Shown here piece by piece: positions 8,491 through 17,909 of a DNA stretch of 42,869 bases. Below the pieces are notes generated by a model that worked only from the letters and a program-made list of their open reading frames with translations, was not told where the DNA came from and searched no databases. The position numbers and the translations under genes were made by a program. Source of the stretch: a virus. Lineage: Duplodnaviria; Caudoviricetes. Position 1 is the stretch's first letter. Each line of letters begins with the position of its first letter. The DNA lies in the IMG/VR virus record IMGVR_UViG_3300010220_000129, positions 1 to 42,869 of that record, one strand, 5' to 3'.

Positions 8491-8928
8491 TTAGAAGATG
8501 ATGGTCCAGGTCCCGTCGAGGCTGATGTCGTCTGCCTTCTCGATCGGGGCCCGGGTCTTGCGGGCAAAGAGGGTGCCGTCCGCCGCGATGAGGCCGAACT
8601 CACGGATCACCTTGCCGTTCGCCTCGGTGGTCTCCAGCCGCCAGTCGAACTGCACGCGCCCGGCTGCCGGATAGCTGTGGCCCTGGAGGTTCTTGACGAA
8701 GGACGAGGTCAGGGCGGTGTCATCGGGGGTCGGGCCGGTGCCGTTGGTGCCGACGCCGATGCGGTTGATGGTCTTGCCCGCCCCGTCGCCCGCGATCAGC
8801 CGCGCAAGGGCGGTGCGTGCCGCGAGCATGATCATATTGTCGTCGCGCAGGCAGTCGATCAGGACGCCGCGACGGCGGATATTCACCAGGAGCGACCCAC
8901 GCAGGGCGATGGCTTCGGTTGCGTTCAT
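8491..8928 (-). CDS. Tail protein (tail-collar / fibre-attachment type)
   Basis: IGVGTNG...EANGKVIREFGL...LFARK...WTIIF pattern; position after the gpI-like gene. Confidence 0.7.
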   Translation of the reverse strand: MNATEAIALRGSLLVNIRRRGVLIDCLRDDNMIMLAARTALARLIAGDGAGKTINRIGVGTNGTGPTPDDTALTSSFVKNLQGHSYPAAGRVQFDWRLETTEANGKVIREFGLIAADGTLFARKTRAPIEKADDISLDGTWTIIF

Positions 8929-8935
8929 GGCACCC

Positions 8936-9961
8936 TCAATAGGCAGTTACGGCAGTGGTGACGGGGCCGGAATGGAAGGCGCCCGTGTAGTATGGCCGCC
9001 CACCCTGATGGGTGAGCTGGCCGTCATAGCGATCCCCGGCATGGCGCCAGCGGCCATCGTGGCGGACATGGCGCGTGACGCGGATCGGCATGGCGAGATC
9101 GGCAAGCGGCGGCTGATCCGCGCCATAGGTGATGGCCGAGTGCAGGTAGTGGCCATTGTGCAGGGGTGTGACCTCGATCCGATCCTCAAGGCCAAGGCGC
9201 GCGCCGAGATCGAGAAGCACCCGCTCGTTGCCATAGCGCTCGCCGGCCTCTCCCCAGCCGCTGTGATCGACAGCACCCGCATGCACGAGAGCCCCGTCAT
9301 GCAGGTGCCGGGTGCCGTGCTCATGCCGCAGGCTGCCATCGTAGCGCCGCCCCCAGGGCAAGATGTCCTCGCCCTCGTGATGCACCCCGGTCTGCCCGGT
9401 TTCGCGCGGATCAAGGCTGTCTTCGACATGCGCCCGAAACCCGATATCCACGAGATGCGAGCGGGTATTCTTCCAGCGCTCGATCAGCGCCACGAGGCGC
9501 GCCACCTGAGCCGCGCTGACGCCCTTCGCTTCCCCGAGATCGAGAAGTACCCGGAACATGGCCCACCGGGTACCGCCGCCATAGGTCTCGACCGCCGAAT
9601 AGGTCTTGTCGCCGTCATAGAGCGCGATCGGCAGACCCTCGACGATCTCGGCATCCGCATAGCCAAGCGCCTTGATCGCCTCTCGGATTGCCCAGGGCGT
9701 TCCCCGATGACGATGCAGATCGAGGGCACGGCGGATGAGGGCGCGGCGCTCTTCCGGGGTCGAGGCCAGATCCCAGCCATCATCCCCCATGATATTGAAC
9801 TGCCAGGCCAGAAGCGAGAGCGCCTCATCGGGCAAATCATCGATGCGGTAGACGAGGAGCGCGGTGAGATCGAGCGCGTCGAGACGGCCGACCAGCTTCA
9901 GGAGCGCGCGGGCGCGCTCATCATCGATCCCGGCCGGAAGGAGGCGAAGATCGTCAGCCAT
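8936..9961 (-). CDS. Phage tail protein I (P2 gpI-like baseplate wedge)
   Basis: LSLLAWQF...RRALIRRALDLHRHRGTPWAIREAI...KNTRSHL; directly after the baseplate J gene. Confidence 0.85.
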   Translation of the reverse strand: MADDLRLLPAGIDDERARALLKLVGRLDALDLTALLVYRIDDLPDEALSLLAWQFNIMGDDGWDLASTPEERRALIRRALDLHRHRGTPWAIREAIKALGYADAEIVEGLPIALYDGDKTYSAVETYGGGTRWAMFRVLLDLGEAKGVSAAQVARLVALIERWKNTRSHLVDIGFRAHVEDSLDPRETGQTGVHHEGEDILPWGRRYDGSLRHEHGTRHLHDGALVHAGAVDHSGWGEAGERYGNERVLLDLGARLGLEDRIEVTPLHNGHYLHSAITYGADQPPLADLAMPIRVTRHVRHDGRWRHAGDRYDGQLTHQGGRPYYTGAFHSGPVTTAVTAY

Positions 9962-11054
9962 CGGCCGAGCCCGCCTGCGTCAGGGTGATGCCGGTGCAAT
10001 CTGCCCATTCCTCGGGGGCGAGATCCTGCCAGGCAGGCGAGGCCAGCTCGACACGATAAACCCCTGCCACAGACAGGGCCGAGATGAACTGGCTGGGCAC
10101 GAGGTCTCGGCCGAGGCCCGCACGGCGCTCCGCCACATAGGCGGCCGCCGCCGCCTGGACGGCAGCCATGGTGCTGATCGGGTCCGCGGTGCGGTAGAGG
10201 GTCACCGTGGCGGCCAGCGCATAGGGGATGCGGACGGGTGCCACCACCTCGACGGTATCGGTCAGCGGGCGCACCTTGTCGTCGGACAGCACTTCATTCA
10301 CCAGCGCCAGCATCTCGGCGCCCGGCAGGCCTGCATCGGTCAGGACATGAACGCGCACGAGGCCGGGGCGCGGGCTCAGCACGGCCGCGTCGATGATGGA
10401 TTGATGAGCGCTGATCGCGCGCCAGCGATAGGTCCCGGCGGGACCGGCCACCGAGAAGCTCTCGGGCGCTTGCTGGATACGTGCGCGCAGCCGGTCATCG
10501 GTTTCGCCGGCGCGACCACCACAGGAGGTCGAGCTGTTCGCCGCCGTGACGCCGGGGAGCGGATCGAGCACGGTCGCGATCTGGCCGGGGATATAGCCAT
10601 TGCCGATGATGCCGGCGACCTCGGCGGTGGCGGTGACCTCGATGCTCAGCGCCCCCGCGGGGATCTCGACGACCTTGTCGGTGGCAAAGGTCACGCGACT
10701 GTCGCCCGAGCGGACCCTTGTGCCGGCCGGGATCGCGGTGACCGAGGCGCGCGGCGCGGCAAGGCTGAAGGCCAGCGTGACGATCGCCGGAGCCTCGACC
10801 AGGCGCACGACGCCCAGGAGCTCGCCCAGGTAGTCGAGCATGGGGAACGAGGCGAAGGCCAGCAGGTTCTGCTTGGCGGCCTCCTGGATAGCGATGCGCA
10901 GAAGGCTCTCGCGATAGGCGATGAGGTCGATGATCAGCCGCTCGACCTGCGCCGGCTGCAAGGTGCGGCCGGTATAGGCCTCGTAATCGGCCACCATCTC
11001 GGCGGTGAGGGCGGCAGGATCGCGCTCGACGAAACTCGGCTCAGGCAGCGACAT
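9954..11054 (-). CDS. Baseplate J-like protein
   Basis: LIAYRE, AAKQNLLAFA, ETDDRLRARI, FSVAGPAGTY and VRPLTDTV motifs. Confidence 0.92.
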   Translation of the reverse strand: MSLPEPSFVERDPAALTAEMVADYEAYTGRTLQPAQVERLIIDLIAYRESLLRIAIQEAAKQNLLAFASFPMLDYLGELLGVVRLVEAPAIVTLAFSLAAPRASVTAIPAGTRVRSGDSRVTFATDKVVEIPAGALSIEVTATAEVAGIIGNGYIPGQIATVLDPLPGVTAANSSTSCGGRAGETDDRLRARIQQAPESFSVAGPAGTYRWRAISAHQSIIDAAVLSPRPGLVRVHVLTDAGLPGAEMLALVNEVLSDDKVRPLTDTVEVVAPVRIPYALAATVTLYRTADPISTMAAVQAAAAAYVAERRAGLGRDLVPSQFISALSVAGVYRVELASPAWQDLAPEEWADCTGITLTQAGSADG

Positions 11055-11412
11055 CGCGCACCTCCGTGGCCATCATCTCGCCCGCGCCCTCAAGCCGCCA
11101 TTCAACGGTGACATGCAGATGGGCGCTCAGCTCGACCGGCACCATGCGCACCACCTCGATACGCGGCTCCCAAAGGCGCAGCGCCTCGATGCCCTCGCGG
11201 ATGACATGAGGCACCGCCTCGCCGGTCGGCAGATCGAGGTATTTCCACAGGTCCGAGCCGAACTCGGGGCGGTGCGGAACCGATCCCTTGGGGGTCATCA
11301 GGATCGTGCGGATGCACTGATGGATGTCACCGAGGCCGGTGACGACCTCGCCCTGCGTCCCGAGACGCGGCTGCCAATAGGCGGCGGTGATATGTCGGAT
11401 GTCCTGCACCAT
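11041..11412 (-). CDS. Baseplate wedge protein (gpW/gp25 family)
   Basis: DIHQCIRTILMTPKGSVPHRPEFGS...LRLWEPRI. Start placed at ATG 11412. Confidence 0.88.
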   Translation of the reverse strand: MVQDIRHITAAYWQPRLGTQGEVVTGLGDIHQCIRTILMTPKGSVPHRPEFGSDLWKYLDLPTGEAVPHVIREGIEALRLWEPRIEVVRMVPVELSAHLHVTVEWRLEGAGEMMATEVRDVAA

Positions 11413-11444
11413 GCCCGGGACCATGCCCGAGCCGGGCGCGGATC

Positions 11445-11466
11445 TCATACCCGGACATCTGTCCGG
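11445..11466 (-). promoter_or_regulatory. Late-promoter activator site 3 (upstream of baseplate/tail-fibre/DGR operon)
   Basis: CCGGACAGATGTCCGGGTATGA on - strand; dyad CCGGAC-N4-GTCCGG shared with two other sites; in an intergenic gap. Confidence 0.75.
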
Positions 11467-11551
11467 CGGCATGATCGGGGGCGGGAAATGCGGGGAAGCG
11501 AGGGTGATCCTAACGGCAATCCGGCAATCCGCCAAGCCTGAGGATTACACC

Positions 11552-12022
11552 TCAGGAGGGAACATCGGTCTTCGCGCCGCCGGGGCTGATGCCGCCGTGC
11601 TTGTGGGTGTCTCCCACATTGATCCCGTTATGGGTAAGGGCCGGGCCGGTGATCGCCACGCCCGCCGGAGAGATCTCGACCTTGGTGCCACCGACGACAA
11701 GGGTGAACATCTGGCCGCCCTTGTCATAGGTGAGCGAGGCCCCGCCGCCGTAGACGATGGTATGGACATTCGGATCCGACGCGGGCGGGGTATCGGCCTC
11801 GGAATAGATCGCCCCAGCGATCACCCCGGCCTCTTCGCCTTGGTCCATCATCACCACGACATGCTCGCCCACTTCCGGCATCCAGTAGGTCTGATCGCCG
11901 TGCGTGCGGCCCTGCATGACCTGAAGCCAGTAGCTCTGGACGTTGTCGTGGTCGGGGAACTGGACGCGGCCCTTGGCGGTGGCCGGGTCGATCTCGCTGA
12001 CGATGCCAATCCTAAGCGACAC
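11552..12022 (-). CDS. Baseplate spike / assembly protein V
   Basis: RIGIVSEID...GRVQFPD...YWMPEVGEHV...GAIYS and C-terminal THKH Fe-binding motif. GTG start at 12022. Confidence 0.9.
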   Translation of the reverse strand: MSLRIGIVSEIDPATAKGRVQFPDHDNVQSYWLQVMQGRTHGDQTYWMPEVGEHVVVMMDQGEEAGVIAGAIYSEADTPPASDPNVHTIVYGGGASLTYDKGGQMFTLVVGGTKVEISPAGVAITGPALTHNGINVGDTHKHGGISPGGAKTDVPS

Positions 12023-12992
12023 GGCGCACCTCGATCTCGGTGGTGTAGCCCGCACCCCGCTCGATGCGGTGGCGCGAGGTCTCGACATAGTAGCGCCCCG
12101 ACAGCTTCCCCAGCAGGGCGACCTCGATCACATTGCCGGCGATCATGCGGTGATCGCCCACGATCTGGATGCGGCCGGTCAGGCGCTTGGCATTGGCGCG
12201 CTTCAATTCAGCCTCGGCACGGGTGCGGGCCTGGGCTTCATTCTCGACCCGCGCGCGGATCTTCAGGGTGTCGCCGGTGGTGATCCCCTCGGCCTCGACC
12301 GTGACCGTGATCAGGCGCGCCGTCTCGGGATCATGGTAGGAAAGCGTGCAATCCTTGTAGACCTCGTGGGTCTTGTCGGTGAAGTCGAAGCGCTTCATCT
12401 CGGTGCGCGGAATGACGGCGACGGCCGCCTGCGATTCGAGGCTCTCGATGGTCGAGAAGAACAGCACCGTGTCGCGCACCGCGAAGACATGGGCGTATTC
12501 CTCGGCCGTTCGGCGCAGGAACTCCAGGTCGCGCTCATCGTTCTGGGTCACCCGCTTGATGGTGATGTCCTCGATCTCGCCCTCGACCGACAGCCCGTGC
12601 TCGCCCGCGATCTGTTCGGCAATCTGGCGCAGGGTCTTGTTCTCGAAGGCGCGGGTTTTCTTGGTGCGCAGGGACGCGGTGACCGGGGCGGCAAGGCCCC
12701 GCACGGTCACCGTGTCAGGCTGGCCGGTGAAGGTTATCTCGTCCACCTCGAACTTCCCGCAGGGCAGAAGCCCCCGGCCGAGCCAGCCGATCTGGAGATC
12801 CATCACGTCGCCCTTCTCGGGATACCAGCTGCCCTTCCAGCGGTGCAGCTTGTCCTCAAGGCGCACCTCGATCTCGTCGGACTTGCCGTGATCGGCATCG
12901 GTATAGACGATCATCAGCGCATCGCCGGCGATATCGCCGGTGATGTCCGCCCCGGAATAGGACAGGACCCATTTCGCCTGGGGGACCATCAC
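12012..12992 (-). CDS. Late control D / baseplate hub protein
   Basis: YTDADHGKSDEI, GKFEVDEI and QNDERDLEFLRR motifs. Confidence 0.88.
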   Translation of the reverse strand: MMVPQAKWVLSYSGADITGDIAGDALMIVYTDADHGKSDEIEVRLEDKLHRWKGSWYPEKGDVMDLQIGWLGRGLLPCGKFEVDEITFTGQPDTVTVRGLAAPVTASLRTKKTRAFENKTLRQIAEQIAGEHGLSVEGEIEDITIKRVTQNDERDLEFLRRTAEEYAHVFAVRDTVLFFSTIESLESQAAVAVIPRTEMKRFDFTDKTHEVYKDCTLSYHDPETARLITVTVEAEGITTGDTLKIRARVENEAQARTRAEAELKRANAKRLTGRIQIVGDHRMIAGNVIEVALLGKLSGRYYVETSRHRIERGAGYTTEIEVRRVA

Positions 12993-13213
12993 GACCGGCG
13001 CCCCCGCTTCCAGGGCGGCAGGTCCCGGTCGAGGACGATCTCATCCGCGATCACCGGGATGCGCAGCCGCTGGCCCGCCTCGATGAAGGGCCGGATCGGG
13101 ACCGTGGGATTGGCCGCGACGATCGGCTCGTAGAGATGCGGATCACCATAATAGCGCCAGGCCAGAAGGTCCCAGCGATCGTTCTCTGTGGTGATATGCT
13201 CGACATAGTCCAT
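12989..13213 (-). CDS. Tail protein X (LysM-like)
   Basis: DRWDLLAWRYYGD...IVAANP...LRIP...LPPWK. Confidence 0.88.
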   Translation of the reverse strand: MDYVEHITTENDRWDLLAWRYYGDPHLYEPIVAANPTVPIRPFIEAGQRLRIPVIADEIVLDRDLPPWKRGRRS

Positions 13214-13214
13214 G

Positions 13215-13736
13215 TCAGGACCTCACGATGCTCGACGCCGGGACCGAGGCCGGATCGCCGGACGGGGGCGCGGCCGTGGTGGCGGCCTGGCGATTGGACC
13301 CGGCGCCCGAGGCGCGGGCCGCGTTGTTCACCAGGCTGATGATCGCGCCGAGAAGCCCGCCCAGGCCGCCATGCTCCATCAGCGTCACCTTGGCCACCAC
13401 GGCGACGAGGCCGCCGCGGCTGTCGGTCTGGCGGCTGGTGGTCTGGATCTGCTTGATGACGAACATGCCCACGTACTGGCCCGAGCCATAGATGAAGGGC
13501 AGTGCCGTGCGCATCGAGCCGGCAATGCGCAGCTTGGCAAGCTCGGCCTCGGGGTTGCAGTAGCTGACATGGAACATGAGGTCGATCGTGACCTCCTCCA
13601 GCGCCTCGCCCATGTATTGCAGGCGCGGCTTGCCCTCGATGACATCATGCTGGGCATAGTCCCAGGCGCGCTTGTTGGTCACCCCCTCGAAATAGGTGAT
13701 GAGGCGGAAGCTGATCGGGCCGAGCATGGCGAACAT
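13215..13736 (-). CDS. P2 gpU-like tail tube initiator
   Basis: MFAMLG...YAQHDVIEGKPRLQYMG; follows the tape measure gene. Confidence 0.85.
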   Translation of the reverse strand: MFAMLGPISFRLITYFEGVTNKRAWDYAQHDVIEGKPRLQYMGEALEEVTIDLMFHVSYCNPEAELAKLRIAGSMRTALPFIYGSGQYVGMFVIKQIQTTSRQTDSRGGLVAVVAKVTLMEHGGLGGLLGAIISLVNNAARASGAGSNRQAATTAAPPSGDPASVPASSIVRS

Positions 13737-13747
13737 GGGCGCTCTCC

Positions 13748-16700
13748 TCAGTAATCGCGGCGGGACTGGCGGGCGAGCTCGTCCTGGACGAGCTGCACGA
13801 GCTCATGGCCCATCGAGCGCAGGAGCTCTTGCATCTGCTCGCGCGACTGGAAGCCATCGCCACCGACGGCCGCGCCGCCGGTCATGGTGATGGTCGGGTT
13901 GAAGTTGATCTCGACGCGCGGGCCACCCTCGGCCGAGGCCGCGGCGGGCGCCGCTCCTGAGGCCGCAGCCCGGGCCGGGGCATCGAGGCCGACGCGCGGC
14001 AGGGCGGCGGCCGCCTGGAACACGGGCAGGTTCGCACCACCGATCGCGGGCGCCTGCGCTGCCAGCGCGGGCAGGCTCAGCGTGGCGCCGGTCAGGGCTG
14101 CCGCCATGCCGGCCGTCATGCGATGCACGGCGGCGATGGCCGGTGCGGGGCGCACGGCCCCTGCCACGGTCTCCGAGAAGCGGACGCGGTCGAGATCCGA
14201 GAGCGGGCCCACCTTGGCGGGCGAATGCGGCAGGTGATCGCGCATCGCCTGGACGGTTTCGCGGGTGGCCTCGATCGCCTGGGCGGCGCCAGCACGGATA
14301 CCCTCGGCCAGGGTGCGCATGAAGGCGATGCCATGCGAGCGGAAGGAGATGCCCTGCAGGACGGCACGCGCCGAGCGGATCGCCGCCTCGGCCGCGGCCG
14401 GAATGCCGCCCGCCTGGGCGATGGCCGCCGCTGCCGCTGCCGTCACAGCCTCAAGGCCGCCTTGCACGGGGGCAAGGCTCAGGACACTCAGGCGCTCAAG
14501 CGCTGCGGCCAGCGCCTCGACGGCCACCTGCGCGCGCTCCAGCGAGGCGGGATCGCGGATTGCCATCTCGGCCGCATCGCCCGAGGAGAAGACGGTGGTG
14601 AGCCGGTTCCAGGCCGCCCCGGCCATGTCGGCAGCCCCCGAGATGAGGCCGCTCACGGTTTCCCCGATACCCCCGAAAGCGGTGCGGATGGTCTCGATGG
14701 GCGACCAGGCGAAGAGGGCGCGCAGCCCGTCCCAGATGACAGTGATGCCGGCGAAGGCCGCCTCGATCGGGGCCTGCATGGCCGTGGCCACCGCGCTCCA
14801 GTCGAGGGCAGGCATGGCCGGCAGGACCGAGGCCCAGCTGAAGGTCGGGATATAGTCGAGCCAGTTGAGGGGCGAGATCCAGGTGAGCCAGCTGAAGGCG
14901 CCGGTGATCGCGGACGAGAGGTCGAAGCTGGGCACGAAGCTCGACCAGGCGATCGTCGGCACAAAGGCGGCCCAGTCGAGCGCCGCGCCGAGGATCGCGG
15001 ACCAGTTGAAGCCCGGGACGAAATCGAGCCAGCGCAGCGGCAGCACCCAGCTCGCCCAGTTGAGGGCCGTCAGGGCGTTGTCCCAGGTGAAGGCACCGAT
15101 CACCGCCGACCAGTCCAGCGCCGGGACCCAATCGGCCCAGCTCAGCACCGAGGCGATCACGCCCGACCAGGTGAGCGTCGGCACCCAGGCGGCCCAGTCG
15201 AGCGCCGCGCCGAGGATCGCGGACCAGCTGAAGCCGGGGATGAAATCGAGCCAGCGCAGGGGCAGCACCCAGCTCGCCCAGTTCAAGGCGGTCAGGGCGT
15301 TGTCCCAGGTGAAGGTCCCGATCACCGCCGACCAATCGAGTGCCGGCACCCAATCAGCCCAGCTCAGCGCCGAGGCGATCACGCCCGACCAGGTGAGCGT
15401 CGGCACCCATGCGGCCCAGTCAAGCGCGGTACCGAGGATCGCGGACCAGTTGAAGCCCGGGACGAAATCGAGCCAGCGCAGCGGCAGCACCCAGCTCGCC
15501 CAGTTGAGGGCCGTCAGGGCGTTGTCCCAGGTGAAGGCACCGATCACCGCCGACCAGTCCAGCGCCGGGACCCAATCGGCCCAGCTCAGCACCGAGGCGA
15601 TCACGCCCGACCAGGTGAGCGTCGGCACCCAGGCGGCCCAGTCGAGCGCCGCGCCGAGGATCGCGGACCAGCTGAAGCCGGGGATGAAATCGAGCCAGCG
15701 CAGGGGCAGCACCCAGCTCGCCCAGTTCAAGGCGGTCAGGGCGTTGTCCCAGGTGAAGGTCCCGATCACCGCCGACCAATCGAGTGCCGGCACCCAATCA
15801 GCCCAGCTCAGCGCCGAGGCGATCACGCCCGACCAGGTGAGCGTCGGCACCCATGCGGCCCAGTCAAGCGCGGTACCGAGGATCGCGGACCAGTTGAAGC
15901 CCGGGATGAAATCAAGCCAGCGCAGGGGAAACACCCAGCTTGCCCAGTTCAGGCCCGTCAGCAGGTTTTCCCAGGTGAGCAGGTCCACGAATTCCGACCA
16001 GCTGAGCGAGGTCACCCAATCCGCCCAGTCGAGGACACCCTCGATGATGCCCGCCCAGCTGAAGCCGGGGATCAGGTCCAGCCAGCGCAGGGGCATGAGC
16101 CAGCTCGCCCAGTCGAGGCCCTGGCCGAGCCAGCCCATGACCCGCGACCACCAGCCGGTGACAAAGGACGAGAAGCCCTCAAACGAGCCTTGAACGTCGC
16201 TCCACAGGCCCGTGAAGAACTCGGCAATCGGCTCCCAATAGTACCAGACCAGCAGCGCCGCCGCCGCGATCGCCGCCACCACCAGCCCGATCGGGTTCGC
16301 CATCAGCGCCAGCCCGAAGGCCCGCGCCGCCACCGCCGCCGCGCGAAGACCCGCCACCACACGGCCCGCCGCCGCCGCGCCGAGCGCCCAGAGGCCGGAC
16401 AGGAAAACTGGGATACGGTTTACAGCGGTGATCGCCAGCGCCGTACCGAAAGTCCGGATCGCGCCGATGGCCATGGTGAATTTCGGCCAGAGCCAGACGA
16501 GGCCAGTGCCAAAAGTCCGGATCGCGCCGATGGCCATGGTGAATTTCGGCCAGAGCCAGACGAGGCCAGTGCCAATCCCGGCAATCGCCTGAAGCCCCAC
16601 GCCCGCCATCGTGGCAAAGCTGCCCACAACCGAGAGGATCGGCGCCACCACGGCAAGGATGCCGGTGCCGACCAGCGCCACGCGCATGGCAATGCCGGCC

Positions 16701-17869
16701 AGCGTCGGATGCGCCTCGGCCCAGCCCATGAAGGCCTGCACCACCCCGGTCGCCCAATGCGCAAGCTCGGTCAGCATCGGCAACAGGATCGTGCCCAGAG
16801 CGATGTTCAGCCCCTCGACCGCCGAGGCAAACTCGGTCTGCGCGCCGCGAAAGTTGTTGCCCATCTCGGCTGCGACCTGCGCCGCCCGCCCCTGGCTGCC
16901 CATCAGCTGATCGACGTAATCCCCGATCGCCTGCCCCTGCGACAGAAGCTCGGCCGCGCCCGCCGCCGCCTCGACCCCGAACACCGTGCCGATGATGTCG
17001 AGCTGGCGCTGGGTGCCCAGATCCCCGATCGCATTGCCGACCTCGCCCAGGATCGTCACCATCGAGCGCATGTCGCCATTCTGATCCGCGACCGAGATGC
17101 CCAGCGATTGCAGCACGGCTGCGGCTTCGGTGGTGGGGGCGGCCAGTCGCTGAAGCATGGCGCGCAGCGTGGTGCCCGCCTGGCTGGCCTGGATGCCGGC
17201 ATTGCCCAGAAGGCCCGCCATCGCCGCTGATTCCTCAAGGCTCATGCCGGCGGCGCGGGCGACCGGCGCGATATAGCGCATCGTGTCGCCCAGCATCGGG
17301 ATGTCAGTATTGGCGGTGGTGAAGGTTGCCACCATCACATCGGCCACGCGGGTCATCTCGGCCGCATCGAGGCCAAAGCCCGACAGGATGTTCGAGGCGA
17401 TATCGGCGGTGGTACCGAGATCGACGGCGCCGGCGCGCGCCAGCGCCAGCATCGAGGGCATGGCCGCCATCTGCTGATTGGCCGAGAAGCCGGCACGGGC
17501 CAGGAACCCCATGCCCTCGGCCGCCTGACTGGCCGAGAAGGCGGTGGTCGCACCCAGCTCGCGCGCCTGGGCGGTCAGCGCCTCGAATTCCTCGGTGGTG
17601 ATATTGGCCGTGACGGCGCGCACCGCCGCCATGGATTGCTCGAACTGCGCGGCGGCCTCGATCGGCCCCCGGATCGCGCGCATCATCTGGCTGGCCGCGC
17701 CCTGGGTCATCGCGCCGGCGATGGACATCCGGGTGCCCCAGTCCTGCATCGCCCGCCCGCGTTCCGCCACCCGGTCGAGATCGCCCATGCGCCGGGCCAT
17801 CTCGCGCACCGGCCCGGTCAGATTGTCCACGGCGGCGACGATCACCGAAAGGTTGAAGATGCTGTCCAT
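13748..17869 (-). CDS. Tail tape measure protein (TP901 family) with Trp-rich repeat insert
   Basis: 1373 aa. ARELGATTAFSASQAAEGM, GIQASQAGTTLRAML and ALMANPIGLVV motifs; LPHSPAKVGPLSDL near the C-terminus. Confidence 0.93.
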   Translation of the reverse strand: MDSIFNLSVIVAAVDNLTGPVREMARRMGDLDRVAERGRAMQDWGTRMSIAGAMTQGAASQMMRAIRGPIEAAAQFEQSMAAVRAVTANITTEEFEALTAQARELGATTAFSASQAAEGMGFLARAGFSANQQMAAMPSMLALARAGAVDLGTTADIASNILSGFGLDAAEMTRVADVMVATFTTANTDIPMLGDTMRYIAPVARAAGMSLEESAAMAGLLGNAGIQASQAGTTLRAMLQRLAAPTTEAAAVLQSLGISVADQNGDMRSMVTILGEVGNAIGDLGTQRQLDIIGTVFGVEAAAGAAELLSQGQAIGDYVDQLMGSQGRAAQVAAEMGNNFRGAQTEFASAVEGLNIALGTILLPMLTELAHWATGVVQAFMGWAEAHPTLAGIAMRVALVGTGILAVVAPILSVVGSFATMAGVGLQAIAGIGTGLVWLWPKFTMAIGAIRTFGTGLVWLWPKFTMAIGAIRTFGTALAITAVNRIPVFLSGLWALGAAAAGRVVAGLRAAAVAARAFGLALMANPIGLVVAAIAAAALLVWYYWEPIAEFFTGLWSDVQGSFEGFSSFVTGWWSRVMGWLGQGLDWASWLMPLRWLDLIPGFSWAGIIEGVLDWADWVTSLSWSEFVDLLTWENLLTGLNWASWVFPLRWLDFIPGFNWSAILGTALDWAAWVPTLTWSGVIASALSWADWVPALDWSAVIGTFTWDNALTALNWASWVLPLRWLDFIPGFSWSAILGAALDWAAWVPTLTWSGVIASVLSWADWVPALDWSAVIGAFTWDNALTALNWASWVLPLRWLDFVPGFNWSAILGTALDWAAWVPTLTWSGVIASALSWADWVPALDWSAVIGTFTWDNALTALNWASWVLPLRWLDFIPGFSWSAILGAALDWAAWVPTLTWSGVIASVLSWADWVPALDWSAVIGAFTWDNALTALNWASWVLPLRWLDFVPGFNWSAILGAALDWAAFVPTIAWSSFVPSFDLSSAITGAFSWLTWISPLNWLDYIPTFSWASVLPAMPALDWSAVATAMQAPIEAAFAGITVIWDGLRALFAWSPIETIRTAFGGIGETVSGLISGAADMAGAAWNRLTTVFSSGDAAEMAIRDPASLERAQVAVEALAAALERLSVLSLAPVQGGLEAVTAAAAAAIAQAGGIPAAAEAAIRSARAVLQGISFRSHGIAFMRTLAEGIRAGAAQAIEATRETVQAMRDHLPHSPAKVGPLSDLDRVRFSETVAGAVRPAPAIAAVHRMTAGMAAALTGATLSLPALAAQAPAIGGANLPVFQAAAALPRVGLDAPARAAASGAAPAAASAEGGPRVEINFNPTITMTGGAAVGGDGFQSREQMQELLRSMGHELVQLVQDELARQSRRDY
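14988..15906. repeat. Tandem coding repeat in tape measure: 222-nt units arranged as two apparently identical 444-nt copies
   Basis: AGGATCGCGGACCAG recurs at 14991, 15213, 15435, 15657 and 15879. Alternate units share the same synonymous variants. Confidence 0.92.
16449..16575. repeat. 63-nt exact tandem duplication in tape measure
   Basis: AAAGTCCGGATCGCG...CAGTGCCA at 16449 and 16512; encodes GTGLVWLWPKFTMAIGAIRTF twice. Confidence 0.92.
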
Positions 17870-17909
17870 TCCGGCTTATTGTCCTTGGTGACAAACGTGA
17901 GGTGGTGCG

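Noticed and set aside
14988-15906. Possible CRISPR array or a second TR/VR pair
   Set aside because: The repeats are contiguous in-frame coding units without unique spacers, differences are not adenine-restricted, and no cas genes are present.
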